IMG/VR virus record: IMGVR_UViG_3300002220_000406
Span: 869-64,868 of that record
DNA length: 64,000 nt
Strand: one strand, 5' to 3'
Source of the DNA: a virus
Lineage: Duplodnaviria > Caudoviricetes
Positions 44,501-50,365 of the stretch are shown here, in pieces. Both the position numbers and the translations under genes were made by a program. Every line of letters begins with the position of its first letter. The first letter of the stretch is position 1. The notes under the pieces were generated by a model. The model was not told the DNA's origin and made no database searches. It saw only the letters and a program-made list of their open reading frames with translations.

Positions 44501-47500
44501 TTAAAAGGGTAATGCCTTCGCCGGTGTATTCAGCGTCCCTCTCTGCTCGCGCCCTTTCAAGCGTGAGCGAGGGTTGAACCGATTCGACTGCGTTGGGGGT
44601 AAAGACTCGAACATTGCCCTTTCCGTCCACGTCGGCTCGGATCTTAACAATGATATTGCCGTCCTTGGTAAATCCTTGAACCACTCCCAAGCCTTTGGGC
44701 GTGGCTACATAACCACCCTCTTTGATTTCAAAATCTTCTTCCGTGAGCGCTCCGACAGAGGCCTCTCCAGCCTCCATCTTGACCTTGGCCGCCCTGTTGG
44801 CAGAGGTCTGATCTGCAAATGTAAGAGCGGCATTGGCCTGGTCAAACAGTGCCGCAGCCTCGCTGATCAATCCTTCCCTTTCAGACGCAGGCGCGCTGTT
44901 GACCTTGCGCATGATGCCCATGGCCTTGGAAAACTTGTTCCAAATATTTTCGTTGCCCCATCGCTTTGCGGCTTTAAAATGCTCGATGTCTTCCTCGCTG
45001 AGCTCGATAGGCTTGCCATCCTCTCCAAGAACTTGAGGCGTGATGTCTGTCCGGGCAATCCTCTGGAACTCTCTCTGAAGATTGGCTACGTGCGTGCGGC
45101 TTCCATACACATCTCCGCCCACACCCACACCGACTCCCAAACCTCCGCCCAGCAATCCGCCCGCCATGGCGTGTGGAAGCGCGTCAACAGCTTCGTTGGG
45201 CACGTTTGCAAAGGCAAACATGAGCGCTGACCAGCCCTCTCGAAGTTTTCCGGTTTCCGGATCGACCTCGGTCAAGGCCTTCATAGCCCCGCCTTGCAGA
45301 GCGCTCTGGAACGTTTCCTGCGCAGTCTCTTCTAAAAACTCTTTTCCAAAATAATACGGACTGGCCTTTGCGACCTTCGCCAACATACTCTGGCTACCGT
45401 TACGGATCGCGTCGCGAGCCAGTGTTTTAATAGTGCCCTGAGAGACCTCGCCCAGAGCCAACTTTGTTATGGTCTTAGGTATAATGCGGCCAATACCAAA
45501 CATTTCGGTTGCGCCAAGAGGCACGGAAAGGCCGGTAGCCCAATTCAATGCTGACTGGTGGTTGTAACCCGCACCTCGCAATGAGGTGTAAACGCCGGGC
45601 AGCATCATGCTGGCGCCGGTGGCCCATGACGTGCCCATTGCAACCTTCGTTGCGGTCTTTGCTGCAAGGCCTCCAGCCCTTGCGGCAAGCGTCGCGCCGA
45701 CTTGAGGCCCCATAAACGAAATCAGGTTGCCCGCTATAGCTGCGTAAGTAAATTCGTCGGAGTATCCGTGGTATCGTTTATAGTAATCACCGCTGCGGAT
45801 CCAATCGCCCGCAGTCTCGCCCTGCTCATCGGTGAGCCAATACGAGGCGGTCAAGTACTTGCCCTTGTCCGTATCGCCTACATAATTAATGGCTCTTCCT
45901 AGCGCGGAGTTAATGGATGCCAGATCTGTCAGCATCAGGGCACCCGTGCCAATGTCGGTTATTGATGCCCCGATTTCAGTACCGGTTACTGCTAAAAATC
46001 TGCCGACCTTGCCAAAGACACTTGCATCGTCCCATTCCTTCTGAGCCTCAGCCTGTTTTGCTCTAAACTTTTCGATAGAGCCAAACTGCTGGATCTTTCC
46101 GCCGACGTAGGCATCAAAGGCGGCGTTCTCGCCATTGAGCAGCTGTTCGTCTGTCCATTTGTCGGGATTGGTCTCGATCGGATTCCACGTCTGCTTGATC
46201 TTGTCGGTCCAGTGAGTGTTGTCGTCTCTCCAGGGCTGTATAGCCTGCTGAATCGACTGTCGCGTCAAGCCGTTGGCATAGATCTGAGTAAGTTTTTCGT
46301 TGCGCTCTTTTGCGTCGATAAACTTTGATTGTTCCCGGGCAATGACCTCTGCGGCTTGGTCTTGGACCGCCTTATCCATACTCCTAAACGGAGCAAGGGC
46401 CTCCATTGGATTAGCGCTGAAACCCCGTCGTTTTACTGGGTTGCCGTTTTCGTTGGTGGTAATCCATCCTGGTGCTGCGCCAGGCACATCGCCACCAGTC
46501 TTGAGCTGATTCAGATACAGGCCTTTTTGGGTGTTGATCCTGTCGAGATTGATCTGCCTTGTCTGCGCAAGAGCTTTGGCGTTGGGACCGTTCAGCCATT
46601 CCGCTATCGAGCTTTGACTGAGACCAATGTCCCCAAGCTCGTTGTCGTCCAGTTTGGTAAGGTCTGCCCCGTCGGCGTAAAGCTTTTCCAGCACCGGCTC
46701 GAAGCGGATGCTTTTGGCAGTTTTGGCCGCTTTAAACCGCGCCAGGCCTTTAGGGTCAATGGTGATGGTGCCGTCCGGCTTAAGGCCTGTGCCCAACATG
46801 AGATTCAGCTGAAAGTCTGAGGCGTTGACACCCTGCGCATTTAGCTCTTTCCTCATACGCGCGATCATCTTCTTGTGATCTGCGTCGGTGAGTTTGTCGC
46901 CCTGGTTGAACGATTTTTTGCCTATAGCCTCAAGTAAATTAAAGCTAATTGGCTTTAAACTGCCCTCATAAAGCTCCGGTCTTTCTGCCTGTTGAGCCCT
47001 AAACTCAACTTCCGGCAAGAGCGAGTTGTCGTTCTTAAGGACAAACTTTTGATTGTTGAAGGAGTAAATGCCTTTCGTGCCTTGAGGCCCGTCAGATATC
47101 CTGTTGTAGGCGTTGCCCTTTTTGTCCTTGATTTGATTTGGATTGCGAAACTCTTTTTCGTTGACATAGCCTTCGCCCTGCTTTAGGTAGAACTGATTAT
47201 CAGAGCCCTTGTATCTGTTCTTGCCTACAGACTTCAGCCGGACACCGTTGTTGAGAGGAATCTCGTTTGGGTCTGAGGTGCCGGGAGGCGAAACACTTTT
47301 TGACGCGCTGGCGGTCGTGCCTGACAGTATCTCGCTAATCGACAGAGTGGGGGTCTGCGGCTTTTTGCCTATAATGCCTTCGGTGCCTGGTGGGACCTGA
47401 GGCGCGCGTGTGGGAATGCTTTCTTTGCCCAATGAACGGCCTAAAAGGTCTGTGCGTTCAAGGCGGTTTGGGTCGTAATCGACACGTAAGGATGAAAAAG

Positions 47501-47795
47501 GCGAGGGCGGTGGCTGAGACAGAGTCCGCTGTCCAGTCTGGGGAGGTGGCAAAGGAGCTGGGCTGGTAGCCGGCAATGTAGGTCCTCGGAACGTCGGTTG
47601 TGGCCTGGCAGGTCCTGTAGGCACGTCACCGTTTAAATAAGCACTAGCCTCAGAGTCGGGGCCCGTAAAGTCGTCAGAGGGCACGATAAGGCCCAAGGAC
47701 TCCATCTCTGCCCTTCGGCGTCTGCGCAGCTCAAGTTCTTCCTCCTCTGTGTTCAGAGGTATGCCCAAGATGTTCGACAGTATCGGATCGTACAT
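29505..47795 (-). CDS. giant (6,096 aa) polyvalent internal virion / ejection protein
   Basis: Uninterrupted 18.3-kb ORF, last in the ejection-protein position. Domains by motif: GrpE-like, ART-like, GNAT, ParB/DdrB-like, L,D-transpeptidase, Ogg-like HhH, HExxH. Confidence 0.9.
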   Translation of the reverse strand: MYDPILSNILGIPLNTEEEELELRRRRRAEMESLGLIVPSDDFTGPDSEASAYLNGDVPTGPARPQPTFRGPTLPATSPAPLPPPQTGQRTLSQPPPSPFSSLRVDYDPNRLERTDLLGRSLGKESIPTRAPQVPPGTEGIIGKKPQTPTLSISEILSGTTASASKSVSPPGTSDPNEIPLNNGVRLKSVGKNRYKGSDNQFYLKQGEGYVNEKEFRNPNQIKDKKGNAYNRISDGPQGTKGIYSFNNQKFVLKNDNSLLPEVEFRAQQAERPELYEGSLKPISFNLLEAIGKKSFNQGDKLTDADHKKMIARMRKELNAQGVNASDFQLNLMLGTGLKPDGTITIDPKGLARFKAAKTAKSIRFEPVLEKLYADGADLTKLDDNELGDIGLSQSSIAEWLNGPNAKALAQTRQINLDRINTQKGLYLNQLKTGGDVPGAAPGWITTNENGNPVKRRGFSANPMEALAPFRSMDKAVQDQAAEVIAREQSKFIDAKERNEKLTQIYANGLTRQSIQQAIQPWRDDNTHWTDKIKQTWNPIETNPDKWTDEQLLNGENAAFDAYVGGKIQQFGSIEKFRAKQAEAQKEWDDASVFGKVGRFLAVTGTEIGASITDIGTGALMLTDLASINSALGRAINYVGDTDKGKYLTASYWLTDEQGETAGDWIRSGDYYKRYHGYSDEFTYAAIAGNLISFMGPQVGATLAARAGGLAAKTATKVAMGTSWATGASMMLPGVYTSLRGAGYNHQSALNWATGLSVPLGATEMFGIGRIIPKTITKLALGEVSQGTIKTLARDAIRNGSQSMLAKVAKASPYYFGKEFLEETAQETFQSALQGGAMKALTEVDPETGKLREGWSALMFAFANVPNEAVDALPHAMAGGLLGGGLGVGVGVGGDVYGSRTHVANLQREFQRIARTDITPQVLGEDGKPIELSEEDIEHFKAAKRWGNENIWNKFSKAMGIMRKVNSAPASEREGLISEAAALFDQANAALTFADQTSANRAAKVKMEAGEASVGALTEEDFEIKEGGYVATPKGLGVVQGFTKDGNIIVKIRADVDGKGNVRVFTPNAVESVQPSLTLERARAERDAEYTGEGITLLNERLEQVRGELDLISNVTQDRNGKETRTPADGQEQAFDALSAELNALEAQKALVDKYDRPPAGIAQDSFLNAPNKKARKRAWDLLKGTAVGQVVTSTADGSQLTVTGVGEDQDGKPYYTVAEDSGTVINGQNALYLEDADWGRVSDSFASEERAAAIQDGMNDGANSAQNAPGPLVDGAFYEPGTPVTVDGIGPALIVEDQGENVRVVTDDGSNTESVVPRSAVTTAYVPSEQTDSAQDEEVDILTGEEQQGADIIARIDEAVERKKSGRVTVEEVEDLIAEYLEFARQHSNDPAFAGTLENARRKLFNLLADAEITAMLLPIAGTKFVNALRNDALRAYGWESAEGLTPDDVINLLREFGLLIDQLIETGQGNGWTAEQVLSALGGSSPLFSAISLDGKDYIAMGVRRRMTGKDSKGRDSMAGLPFTDLLDLVATRHEKEGTNFGLKGADQAPTEQQVETTTQAPANQGTEGETVGYFPGVNADGTIAFLESEMKEGESLFRLVRRPDGTFTAVPMFEQKIVGNKIKHSPEAILPRLFSVAAQPAQVSAAITDGTILITKPPVIEQTESGYVVKEVGQITTEAIEAARISETAPAPETTGDTEQSETQSTDVQTEQEITPDEEVEILTGEEQAEEGQQDYDDGVVMLDKAAKGIPSNNHGKQIRTQVNILIETDRPIRALDAISKLEGLLAAGLAPKAEMSQSAWIAFGTEMRKALDALEESLKQMGYERVQTHAIGMPWVEGMEVAPEFVRDANLFEGQFIIKKVKKPTITKNGEVIQVGEVVVAQGTKVQDTQSDLVEKAKEFETYEEFRAAVFGEAPEYGMSHRPTYEGMPPAHDLLEGGAIPDDVYEKPELSIASNLKKDQAEQESWAVLQAIRDNPRAKVTIYRAGPSKQLNIGDWVTFSKTYAEINSQEEGSQVYSFEVEARDVIFAGDYINEFGYFPESLLEKAWNEAKTKPAQKAAEAEGKKESARKQEIAKKAKAAVADKGLAGAMEGVTDLEVAEALLEAWSKSPAFDAINKYLSYVNWDGNSFVQESVHWDNGLDFYGDKIEEKHGKKARAEWDALFADREKAMPLILELRREKRDKEISGEKLFPVDLTSDERALILRVGQASRYLEARGLAPDDALTADEIRAILNFLPKRDAEYGQWGSKGQLFDPIKEIYREAIGEDVGQGEAVEEDIDEEVDEEVAEQVDEELDEDEDIDEDDDGDAGAQPVFPPTSRTRKYPKTKAAPTKGAPKVGRIVTPKEGPGAGVEWAIVDTYKEKEVDRTVWVVRDPEGNVAVITPDRGWTVTDRQVDGPLPSAPRSTPYKSIAEAEEAMPIGSMTIIRGYSNAAFGMQMVVGYTMGKNGVVEAIVMTRGWPHTPTRINQGPAHKLVPHFDPTEDASQRNVKTREALVREHPVGSTMAVVMPDGTIKEGKVVAHSPLTQRDFFIAAVDGKGEHFGALVQGTQGGLTRMPVFKSRKELEAAIEKAKADLEQHKEKLEAMAPVGSTYGGELVTGYTTEFKVEAEGQWSSSVQIELFDPASGFSREMVMRKGGMFGQGSATEKIEQGVFETSDENQSLWKLVEKGAKLYVGTSANSVTGTKSVTVSGTVEKVFRDKRTGRVAVKLGDVKLPKEVDSWSKRELGQKVGVVDLAATSKTAKDAGAKRKEFEADVETRKVAARKAAEIGSVELSETERGVMRESFQDWETGVEALLDGTPLVREEADSLIENIEDYLNDEEIQEFLSDLDVSALNRILAKLRALTGQEVESAEAEQAPEKSRFESRFDKTVDGSPFLQDIAKDNAVTPHSSSAVAIKIGEAFIYMTPGEDGVMIIDDFRVSPEAVGKGQGSAALKKLTEYADKHGITLIGDPVAQSDSGRKNKKQFGLSQDELLAFYERNGFGPITMQIESAHERLGATADWIQREPGGSPVGRKQEPQAASKGKPIIPELSRGSELILDEYAEDYMEEQGIVPGESITPEQARYLAQVLDDNNTGDLPNVTRDAEGLRDAADESEGKQTPRQKAAPKTETVTETPTNKTQTVYAGDIKVPVEQKVISADDIITSEQEGYPSELQPRDTSRKSSAAFVTSIAADLDTDKLGDETFAGNGRPIVVPVKVNGQTKYAVIAGNHRVGAIRQRYNQDTNEEYEGFAQEKGEAAGQDTEGINSPIYVGVISDPGAIDLVEFARQANAPQQRAMSTAEQAIEDAKKLTPAILSKLVVSENGDLGTTANEAFIRDFLLAVGEERASAYRTASGQMSQDGFRAMRAAIFAAAYADTQEGADLLERVFESEDSNIKRITSAMLLNAAAFAQLKADVANGNRFEGLDISADLTAMAVKYADLRAEGMPVSEFLQQGNLFGGDLTPIQVMILEMLESKRNSAKALSAILQNYLRTVDEMGSPKQMNMFSDAENRGAASILQGAIEFNEENGNDKQQGLFGKEFGPQDNQENQGTAPAEDGGTAESEYPTSPISQEEFAKIRRGLKRAEVLEWWAKVSEATGIRLSEDNKTLLAPEGMVFARSGKPTAKNAAVGSDLNFIGFALENVLVRGLSELAPAEGQQPDTQQEVNDGIVEDALDTLEESEIETLEEVYGEERGSQGFMAKVREDLTRFAQKGAKGVKVKLRKIIAKLATAVLATAMILHAVLPSVAVTKQLPTAATQTATQITTTYAKVSEQFKELKPSLETALVVDWAMTTNAHENKPAAFVDKKNGIMYILSATGELLSARPVITGLSKDYDRIDETRYKDIKAYEDFDPKIDRATQAGKFDLIPEDRPNNETWLYFSMQGPAFAAGIHRNWSSAAAERSRALETATPEDNFGTYGCISTSDEDYANVIAPIFVEGKKRAQKSGTIFVIPGSSALEEFFPEAASGEYTPTPISSYVIYGQEPVLPQDASAREDMTADRRSLPISRQTGRRMKDATKYEFKAPDARNLQDQGELLPGGFKAPSVPVGQERGAGEEDRPLGATSIAPKTIKGPALLPGLTQEAPEDSDIREGRKGAALSKNAILPNVPKNLDLIDEALDVNSDPEKSEDAWARYWAYLTKNRTVPIAPYNLIAQLRKKLPFGNLLTKLSDGQIKDANAGLEAAKRFRRLYTSGVATPTTTAKLALWGLLSRGVSPYVQESMFLFVADKIAPWIEQAEQGKFDFEKYEAWVKGLNFEEGLPANGTKHNLNSFGEHFLVKMSEEAEPGKSGIRVLHDWIADKKLTGPQIRRLFHSTFQGVGFDNKVLSFMLLVTGRTDVLVLDRVQIRNLFDDGRFKGQNLYDGDKHTTVYLKSEEKDGPKTPLGKLYQEEGESDKDFKAAVEALKADKAAELGVDIERIGESRDTTTGSSIEPITSGLWGLATYEAIERAIERKLQAIYDGLGRGDVASLGRLHWETWVVESGQEAGHGTLEGLYKEAAGKKAPYEGVTAKEGQYDTYSYGAEFGMTPDGQPFLRYTDSKNGKFVFTPKEFTTFLSEIQKRKNGIVPAGFKVSENTRRAWYENKQVNRKSLDDLIAKIGRPESDGVIGKNAERSAADGKVARRKSDRPLGATRQAEAEAKIAELRRKPLSTEVLKKATAKLTANGVELNLEATVFLESVAQKVFGRTAGFDGMFFQKGNTRKLLKAVRATEAGLRQKGRNDVADVVKNIGDVMESGLDRDTLLVYLFDDKVPHEALHKFRYLSAEGANIIERYDDFNALLGTERDGVNLVETAYKNFLMAIHQGRAWEDLTISEKAEVWEEAFVEASTGNFAALGLTLEQAQALYVADLEAFTAKNGEEVLNDIEEFIDARFKNVYQTGRDEGAVPETPAGPPGGVQETEEGGQERGEEGAPEPRRETPKYAERVLETGIITYDVEGMSETDRKGLALRKSTSIGDLISRVRWQTGDLAVVMAALYHEQRTLSARAQSYKSQGKTAEYEATIAALVELSQEIIAAQIQTGRAVNMAKVLSILPSQQALVVATRMKRRFTGNENAELTPFEAKQITDVTTKIEFLEKEVKKTQDRINRRSKGRTETGDKIPRKPRVTTTGKKPVKKTSLTIRQRLDRNLAQGFADSIQEVRDFLSNPSQDSPLGALANDAYVPPARRQAFGQVAAKLMQDGFDQDPDYDADKFAAQIAEMFGPSVEQFIDDIVNLGFETLAEAREQAVRENLIEQFADEADPETAADEEIQRRRDERQRRTAGRATLKKLASQATRRTGSSAAIDELNADATASDIAKVLAVAPDQDLANLAERVADEYGLPEVEAARKIIEAKRLLDVVKRNELIEKFKKEGDPAPEVSADIQMRTKKEQSKEKAKRNRELKRIVEEHDRKVEQLDEIAEKTDDIVVQYIANKLLEAMRPGGEAVTITTLLKDIDKQFGIGLEAARNKAREAKLVVDEIVQDRALAKAEAQGKNKEDLEKLKADKIALRREQTRLNQMLRSARKPTTLIGKFNAFLRGTFVFNWITQLFNFIQGFSMVGIQGFTDVVATAIRTIGGKYGMFADEVSPNVNLKTAWLAYGYLMANNRQVAEGIVAEFPEEWHRLELGIIADIPIEETESEGKKGLMAKAHKYADKLPKVTEFLAKISFAREQEIQMRTAIVMATLDQFARMKGTTLKEAVDEQRTAELFTEEEVREAVTRALRATFALPVDDKAGQWAKALYDQIDKYVPVFLNPVVYLRFTYTTTKIIANGFLAGALDLERLGGKGYKSTSLAQGVAAWSSVLLAAAMLAEFEGDDEEWYTLYVNGKDEAPIDVRRWYPMSVSFFIAHNIRLAIAGKPIMGLDEAIQAFASIEYDYYARSAGVEAVKAAYDAAFNRAEKPDADEALWKASAKMMGSVMGGMLRVLTPAKRLVSTFYEEEAKLRNYKDSAASEFIGEIAKSVPGLGVLYQAPPLIDPVTLKPVTEQKPYMRFFGFNYIHQMFTRPKPTTAEALAQQMFPANFTTPLKDQDKVEAARVRSEIKQALRRGDINEARAEVLVEYHVSKGTLSEQQGKRLKSDLKLTYLEEIIKYRVSLKDKDHVKKIKELMRKASPRERALIMEILANKELPD

Positions 47796-47798
47796 TGT

Positions 47799-50363
47799 TT
47801 ATTCTTCTAATAGTGCTTTCAGTTGAGCCTGTCTGGCTTCGATTTCCTTTTGACGCGCTTCAAGTTTAGCCTTTTGCCTGGCATCTATTCCTGCACGGTT
47901 CAACGCCGCAGCGTTCTCGCGGGACTCCCTATTCAACCTGCTGATCTCTGCGCCGTGTTGCAGTCTTACAGCCTGGCGCGTGTCCACCCTATCGGCCTGG
48001 TAACCCGCTCGCTGAAGGTCAAGCAACGCCTTGCCAGCTTGCTGGGAAGGCATGAAATAGACTTCTTCCTTTCCGGTCTTCGGGTTCACAACGGCAACGG
48101 CGACGGATTGCTTAGATGGGTCAACAACGCCCTTGGGGTTCCAAATGCCAGTCTCCGCATCGCGCTCAAACATCACTCCGCCAAACTCCCGCTGATCGGG
48201 CTTGTACATAATCCTGCTCATGCCGGTAGGGTCTATACCCGCGGCTCTCAAGGCTGTTGCGTGAGCTGGGAGTCTGGGGTCAATTTCGTCCATGGTCAGC
48301 AATGTTCTTAATGAGCTTGCGCGGGCTTGGTCACGCCTGATGTTGAGATTTTCGGGTATCGCGGCAATTCTTTCGGCTTGCTCTGCCAACTCGCCCTCGC
48401 CCTTACGATGTCCGAACTGCGCGCCGTACTGGTCGGTAAGGTTTTTGACCCGGGCATCAGCTTGCTGACGTTCGTCGTAAAGAGGGTCGGTAGCTGCGCC
48501 AAAAGCTGCACCAACAACACCCTTGCCCTCGCCCAGCATGCTCATGAAGTTCTTAAGGCCCTGGACAAAACGCTTGCCTTTGCCTTTCTTGGTCTTGGTG
48601 CCCGGCAGTTCTACAAGGTTGCCATTTTCTGTCCTGACCACGGTGGGCGCTGTGATGTCGTAAGAGGACGTGTTAAGATCTTCGCCGTTTGGTCCTCGGC
48701 CTTGAGTTAGCTGATCTCTTAAATTAAGTTGGTCTTGAATAATCTTTGCCAAGCGATTGCTTTCTCTTCTTTCAGGAGGAAGCGCCTCTTCTGCCTGTCT
48801 GGCCTCCGCCCTGGCCGCAGCCGCTTCGTCATAAGTCCGAGTAACTGGTTTCCCAAGGGGCACGTCTGGCGCAGCGATCTTTTCCGGGTTCCTGTCTTTA
48901 GCGCTCCATGCGTCGTAGAATTTGGGTTTTTTAGGACCAAGCCCCTTACTGCCGCTCGCCTTCCATTCTGCTAAATCTTTTTCGTACTGGCGCATTGCCT
49001 CGATTTCGTTCGGCCTCAGCATAAAACCTCTACGCGCAAACTCACGCTGTTCTTCTGCCGAAGCAACGTCGGCTCGACTGCGAGCGTCTGGACGCCTGGC
49101 CTCTGCCCTGGCTGCTGCGCCTTCGGGAGAGTAGTCGCGACCTAACGTGGTTGTTTCGCCGTAAAGCTTACCCCCCTCAGTGCCTGTGACCCATTTGTCG
49201 TACCACTTCGGGGCTGCGGGCTTATCTGCACGCCTGCCGCTGCCGTAGTCCTCCAGGCCTTGCCTGTAAGCTGTAAGCTCGTCCGCTTGTTTTTGCGTTA
49301 ATGTGCCTGACGGCTCAGCACCCCCTGCCGCACCTCCTGAACCTCTACGCCCAGTGCCTCGTCTTTGCGCAGGCTGGGCTGCAGCTCCGGCCTGAGACGC
49401 AGGCTGAGACGCAGGCTGAGACGCAGGCCGCGTGGGCGTGTCGGCGGGTAAAGCGTTGGCAGCGGGAGCGTTTTGGCCAAAACGGTAGGGCTGTCCAATC
49501 CCAAATGCATTGTTTATGCGCTGCCGTCCGCCATCGGTCATAGGCGCGACACCTCTTTGAGGGAACGGAACGCCACTACCGGCACGAACCTGGCCTTCGC
49601 TCCAATAACCCAATGAAACACCTTTGCCTTCACGAGGTGTCTGGGGTATATAGCCTAGCGAAGGACCACCTTTGTCCTCACGAGGCTTGCCTTCGTCTTT
49701 TCCTCTTGTCCAATAACCCAGCGAAGGCCCGCCTTTTCGAGGCGGCTGAGCAGTAGAGCCTGTTTGTTGCGAAAGGGGTCGGCTGTCAATGGGATTGGCG
49801 TAACGACCTCCAAACATAAAATCAGAAGCACGCGGAATGCCGGTCTGAGGAATCACCGTGCCACCTTCTGCAAAGCGCCTTATTTGCGGGCCTCCAGGAA
49901 TAATACTGGCGTTTCCGTCGTCATTTACAAACATCTCCTCACCGTCTTCGTTTACAATATACTCTTGATCTTCCTCGACGGGGCCACCGTAACGCCGCGC
50001 AGGAAGCCCCCCAAATCGAGGATCCATCTCTGGATTGCGCCATGAATTGGTAGACATGTATGTGCCAACGGGATTGGACACTGCTGGGATATTTACCGCA
50101 AAACCAGCCTGAGCAGGCGCAGCGGGATCGGCCGTCTGGCCTTCAGTGCCTGTCGCTGAAGGAGTACCACCAGCCGCACCACCAGTCGCACCGCCGGTTG
50201 CACCCCCAGCACCTTGAAACATTCCCTTCACGGCTTTTGTGTCGCCGATCCATTGGGGAATCAGGCCTTTGCCCTCCTTGCCAGGTTGAACCATCTGCTT
50301 GAGCATGTGCTTGCCAAGTTTTTTAGCGCCGATTTTAAGTAGTGCTCCTAGTGCAGGTAACAT
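47799..50363 (-). CDS. putative ejection (DNA transfer) protein, 854 aa
   Basis: Low-complexity G/A/P/Q-rich; RRYGGPV...YIVNEDGEEMF motif; lies between the portal and the giant protein. Confidence 0.6.
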   Translation of the reverse strand: MLPALGALLKIGAKKLGKHMLKQMVQPGKEGKGLIPQWIGDTKAVKGMFQGAGGATGGATGGAAGGTPSATGTEGQTADPAAPAQAGFAVNIPAVSNPVGTYMSTNSWRNPEMDPRFGGLPARRYGGPVEEDQEYIVNEDGEEMFVNDDGNASIIPGGPQIRRFAEGGTVIPQTGIPRASDFMFGGRYANPIDSRPLSQQTGSTAQPPRKGGPSLGYWTRGKDEGKPREDKGGPSLGYIPQTPREGKGVSLGYWSEGQVRAGSGVPFPQRGVAPMTDGGRQRINNAFGIGQPYRFGQNAPAANALPADTPTRPASQPASQPASQAGAAAQPAQRRGTGRRGSGGAAGGAEPSGTLTQKQADELTAYRQGLEDYGSGRRADKPAAPKWYDKWVTGTEGGKLYGETTTLGRDYSPEGAAARAEARRPDARSRADVASAEEQREFARRGFMLRPNEIEAMRQYEKDLAEWKASGSKGLGPKKPKFYDAWSAKDRNPEKIAAPDVPLGKPVTRTYDEAAAARAEARQAEEALPPERRESNRLAKIIQDQLNLRDQLTQGRGPNGEDLNTSSYDITAPTVVRTENGNLVELPGTKTKKGKGKRFVQGLKNFMSMLGEGKGVVGAAFGAATDPLYDERQQADARVKNLTDQYGAQFGHRKGEGELAEQAERIAAIPENLNIRRDQARASSLRTLLTMDEIDPRLPAHATALRAAGIDPTGMSRIMYKPDQREFGGVMFERDAETGIWNPKGVVDPSKQSVAVAVVNPKTGKEEVYFMPSQQAGKALLDLQRAGYQADRVDTRQAVRLQHGAEISRLNRESRENAAALNRAGIDARQKAKLEARQKEIEARQAQLKALLEE
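49392..49427. repeat. 12-bp tandem repeat x3 (encodes PASQ repeats)
   Basis: CTGAGACGCAGG three times. Confidence 0.9.
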
Positions 50364-50365
50364 AA

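Noticed and set aside
29811-47629. Many plus-strand and alternate-frame ORFs (e.g. 31422-32735, 40164-41114, 43513-43962) overlapping the giant gene
   Set aside because: Antisense shadows of a long GC-rich coding sequence: S/F/L-rich translations, no RBS, no motifs.
49392-49427. 12-bp triple repeat as a phase-variation switch
   Set aside because: The unit length is a multiple of 3 and lies in a low-complexity linker, so copy changes would alter linker length only.
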